A stretch of DNA of 64,000 nucleotides from Phoronis australis (lineage: Eukaryota > Animalia > Phoronida), in the NCBI GenBank assembly GCA_002633005.1, contig NMRA01000012.1, positions 186,001-250,000 on the forward strand. Reading direction: 5' to 3'. This document shows positions 63,286 through 64,000 of the stretch, in pieces (positions within the stretch are counted from its first letter, which is position 1; every line of letters begins with the position of its first letter). Below the pieces are notes generated by a model. It did not search any database and was not told the DNA's origin. It worked only from the letters and a program-made list of their open reading frames with translations. The position numbers and the translations under genes were made by a program.

Positions 63286-63318
63286 CTTGCGGCACCTTTA
63301 TTAATGTTGAATTAAGCA
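63286..63318 (-). CDS. Candidate 33-nt micro-exon (LNSTLIKVPQ)
   Basis: tctctttcacactttacccag| acceptor and aag|gtaaaa donor; only phase 1-1 is open. Confidence 0.45.
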
Positions 63319-64000
63319 CTGGGTAAAGTGTGAAAGAGACATCCTCTTGGGTACAACAATGTAATGAGCGCTCACTCAGGTATGAAATCCTGTTATATCC
63401 TAAACATATTTCACATGGTGTGACGAACCAAGTAAAGGAAACGAAAGAAGACCTGTCTTAGAATTTCATGTTACACCTGCATCTGGCAAAAAATCTCCAG
63501 TGTAGGATACTGAAAAATTTTCAAGGTTGGAGCTTGTACCAAATTTTAGAAACAGACACTACTGACTGTCCAAAATTCAAGAACTACCATCAATGACAAA
63601 TGATTGTTTACATCTACCAATACACACTATGGGGACCCCATGGAAATGCCTCAGCGACTATTTTCAATGATTTTATCAACTGTCAAGACTATTTTCAGAC
63701 TCTGTTGATACATTATGCAGTGTCCGACATTTGAGAAATACGATGAATGTCAAAATCATGCAGCCGTGCCTTATTCTACAGATTTATAAAACAATCAATT
63801 CTGTCTTGAATTCCAGCGTCCTAAAGTTTGTAGAGCGGCAAGACTGGAGAACTGTTAAAGACTAACACTGTAATTGGTTTTGTTCAACAGAAAAACTCTT
63901 AACATGTAGGGTAACACCATAACCCGGGCCTGAGTCGTTGCTTTGTAATTTAGTACATAATCAAGGTAATATGCAATGTAAGTCTGACAAGTAATCTATC

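Overview
Eukaryotic, AT-rich genomic DNA with GT-AG introns and many MITEs, most likely from an invertebrate animal. It is not prokaryotic, and nearly all short ORFs in the track are spurious. Contents: (1) the 3' part of a + strand multi-exon coiled-coil gene (about 206-11740) whose manually spliced product resembles fungal Bfr1 and plant proton-pump-interactor proteins; (2) a Tob (BTG/Tob family) gene with an intronless CDS at 29862-30863, a probable non-coding first exon near 20.9-21.2 kb and a large CpG-rich, CRE-rich flanking domain; (3) a decayed, internally deleted Kolobok-type DNA transposon (46518-49708) with convergent THAP-transposase and KolX (P2X7-tail-like) remnants and a nested MITE; (4) a tentative minus-strand gene built from very short exons (about 51.6-63.4 kb); (5) MITEs, a Helentron/HINE-like element, minisatellites and three single-N positions. 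All calls come from manual reading and recalled family motifs. No searches were run.
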